64,000 nt of DNA from Octopus bimaculoides (taxonomy: Eukaryota), in NCBI RefSeq assembly GCF_001194135.2, contig NC_068998.1:7602756-7666755 (forward strand). Reading direction: 5' to 3'. The translations under genes were made by a program, and so were the position numbers. The notes under the pieces were generated by a model. The model worked only from the letters and a program-made list of their open reading frames with translations, did no database searches and had not been told where the DNA came from. Every line of letters starts with the position of its first letter. The stretch's first letter is position 1. Positions 62,653 to 64,000 of the stretch are shown one piece after another.

Positions 62653-63369
62653 TTTTGTACTATTACATATTAGAAAGAAAAAGCCTTTTCTATTTTATTC
62701 TTGATTATTTTATTAACAAAGAAGTGCTCCAGCGTGGCTGTAGCTCTGACGTTTTAAACAAAATCAAGAACTGTGAGACACGCCCAGACAGCCTAGACTT
62801 AAGACGAAACGCTCCCAAGTTATGACCATCGCACTGAATTTTCAAGTAAAACAGAGCTAAAGTGACTCTAATAATTCCGCCATTTATTATATACTTCAGA
62901 TGGAAACTTGAATGTTGTTTCAGATAAGATCGAGCGACAATGTAGAAGCACCTTTAGAGAGTTTCGAATAATTTGTCGGTCGTACTCATCGTATCACTTA
63001 GAGCCCAAAATGGAGACTTCCTTTAAAATTCACACAGTCTGTCTATGAAAAGTCAGATTATTCGGTACTGAACGTGTTGGTTCTTTTTATTCGAAGGTTA
63101 AATATGACCGATGGACTGAACACAGGATGATAGATATATCTGGAAACATTGACTTGTATTTCGTTACTCTATTGACTTAGATAACCGAGATTTCATAAAT
63201 CGAATGTTCGATTTCTATGGCGTAACTAATGAGAGGTATATAATTTTTGTTTGTGCAAATATAGCTTATTGATTTTGTTAACTTTCTACACCTCTCTAAG
63301 TGTGTATTGAAATACGAATATTAGCATAAATTTTATATTTCATTTAACATAACTGAATATCGAATAAAT

Positions 63370-63450
63370 ACATAATAATCATAACGACAATAATAATGAT
63401 GATGATGATGATGATGACAATAATAGTAATAACAAAAACAACAACAACAA

Positions 63451-63526
<76 letters not shown>
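63370..63526. repeat. Compound triplet microsatellite (GAT)(AAC)(TAC)(AAT)
   Basis: Direct reading of the sequence. Confidence 0.9.
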
Positions 63527-63527
<1 letters not shown>

Positions 63528-63692
63528 GGCGTAGGAGTGGCTGTGTGGTAAGTAGCTTGCTTACCAACCACATGGTTCTGGGTTCAGTCCCACTGCGTGG
63601 CATCTTGGGCAAGTGTCTTCTATTATAGCCTCGGGCCGACCAAAACCTTGTGAGATGATTTGGTAGACGGAAACTGAAAGAAGCTCGTCGTA
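63528..63692 (+). mobile_element. SINE family B, well-preserved 5' half
   Basis: GGCGTAGGAGTGGCTGTGTGGTAAG...GGTTCAGTCCCACTGCGTGGCATCTTGGGCAAGTGTC...GAAACTGAAAGAAGCTCGTCG, then (TA)n. Confidence 0.92.
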
Positions 63693-63890
63693 TATATATA
63701 TATGTATATATATATATGGGGGAGGGGGGTTAGTGACTTTCACAAATGTGGATATGTGCGTGTGTGCGCGTCTTAACGTGTGCGGGTGGATGATAGTGTG
63801 TGAGCGGGTAGACGATGACGTGTGGTGTGGTGTGGTATTGTGGGGGTGGGTATGTGTGGCTGGAATTGAGATGGGGATATGGATATACAG

Positions 63891-63927
<37 letters not shown>

Positions 63928-64000
63928 CACATATACATCCATATATACATATATATATAGAGAGAGATTGGCATATGTATATATAGATATGTGTGTGTGT

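Noticed and set aside
197-63974. Most ORFs in the six-frame track (poly-I, poly-[13 protein letters not shown], and ORFs spanning X runs)
   Set aside because: They are translations of microsatellites, SINEs or N-gaps, with no domain or splice support.

Overview
Eukaryotic, AT-rich, repeat-dominated draft-assembly DNA with about 17 N-gaps, almost all flanked by microsatellites. The tRNA-headed SINE families, the dense (TA)n/(AAT)n/(GAT)n/(TCTA)n tracts and the transposon remnants point to an octopus (coleoid cephalopod) genome; this is an inference. I recognise no intact host gene, rRNA, true tRNA or CRISPR array. Most ORFs in the supplied track are microsatellite or gap artefacts. Supported content: (i) many copies of at least four SINE-like families, here labelled A, B, C and E, plus RTE-type 3' tails; (ii) 3' fragments of two restriction-like-endonuclease (RLE) non-LTR retrotransposons, R4/Dong-like at 1-275 and HERO-like at ~52154-53191; (iii) a Ty3/Gypsy gag-protease fragment and Tc1, mariner and Tigger remnants; (iv) four Penelope-type minimal hammerhead-ribozyme-like motifs from three sequence families. 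The main leads are three. First, a candidate very acidic (Asp/Glu-rich) coding exon with an internal four-copy motif on the minus strand (5111-6259). Second, an LTR-like promoter (60-bp repeats carrying E-boxes, then TATA and Inr) plus a near-identical 133-bp terminal duplication in the HERO 3' region. Third, the hammerhead motifs. No databases could be searched, so family names rest on recalled motifs.
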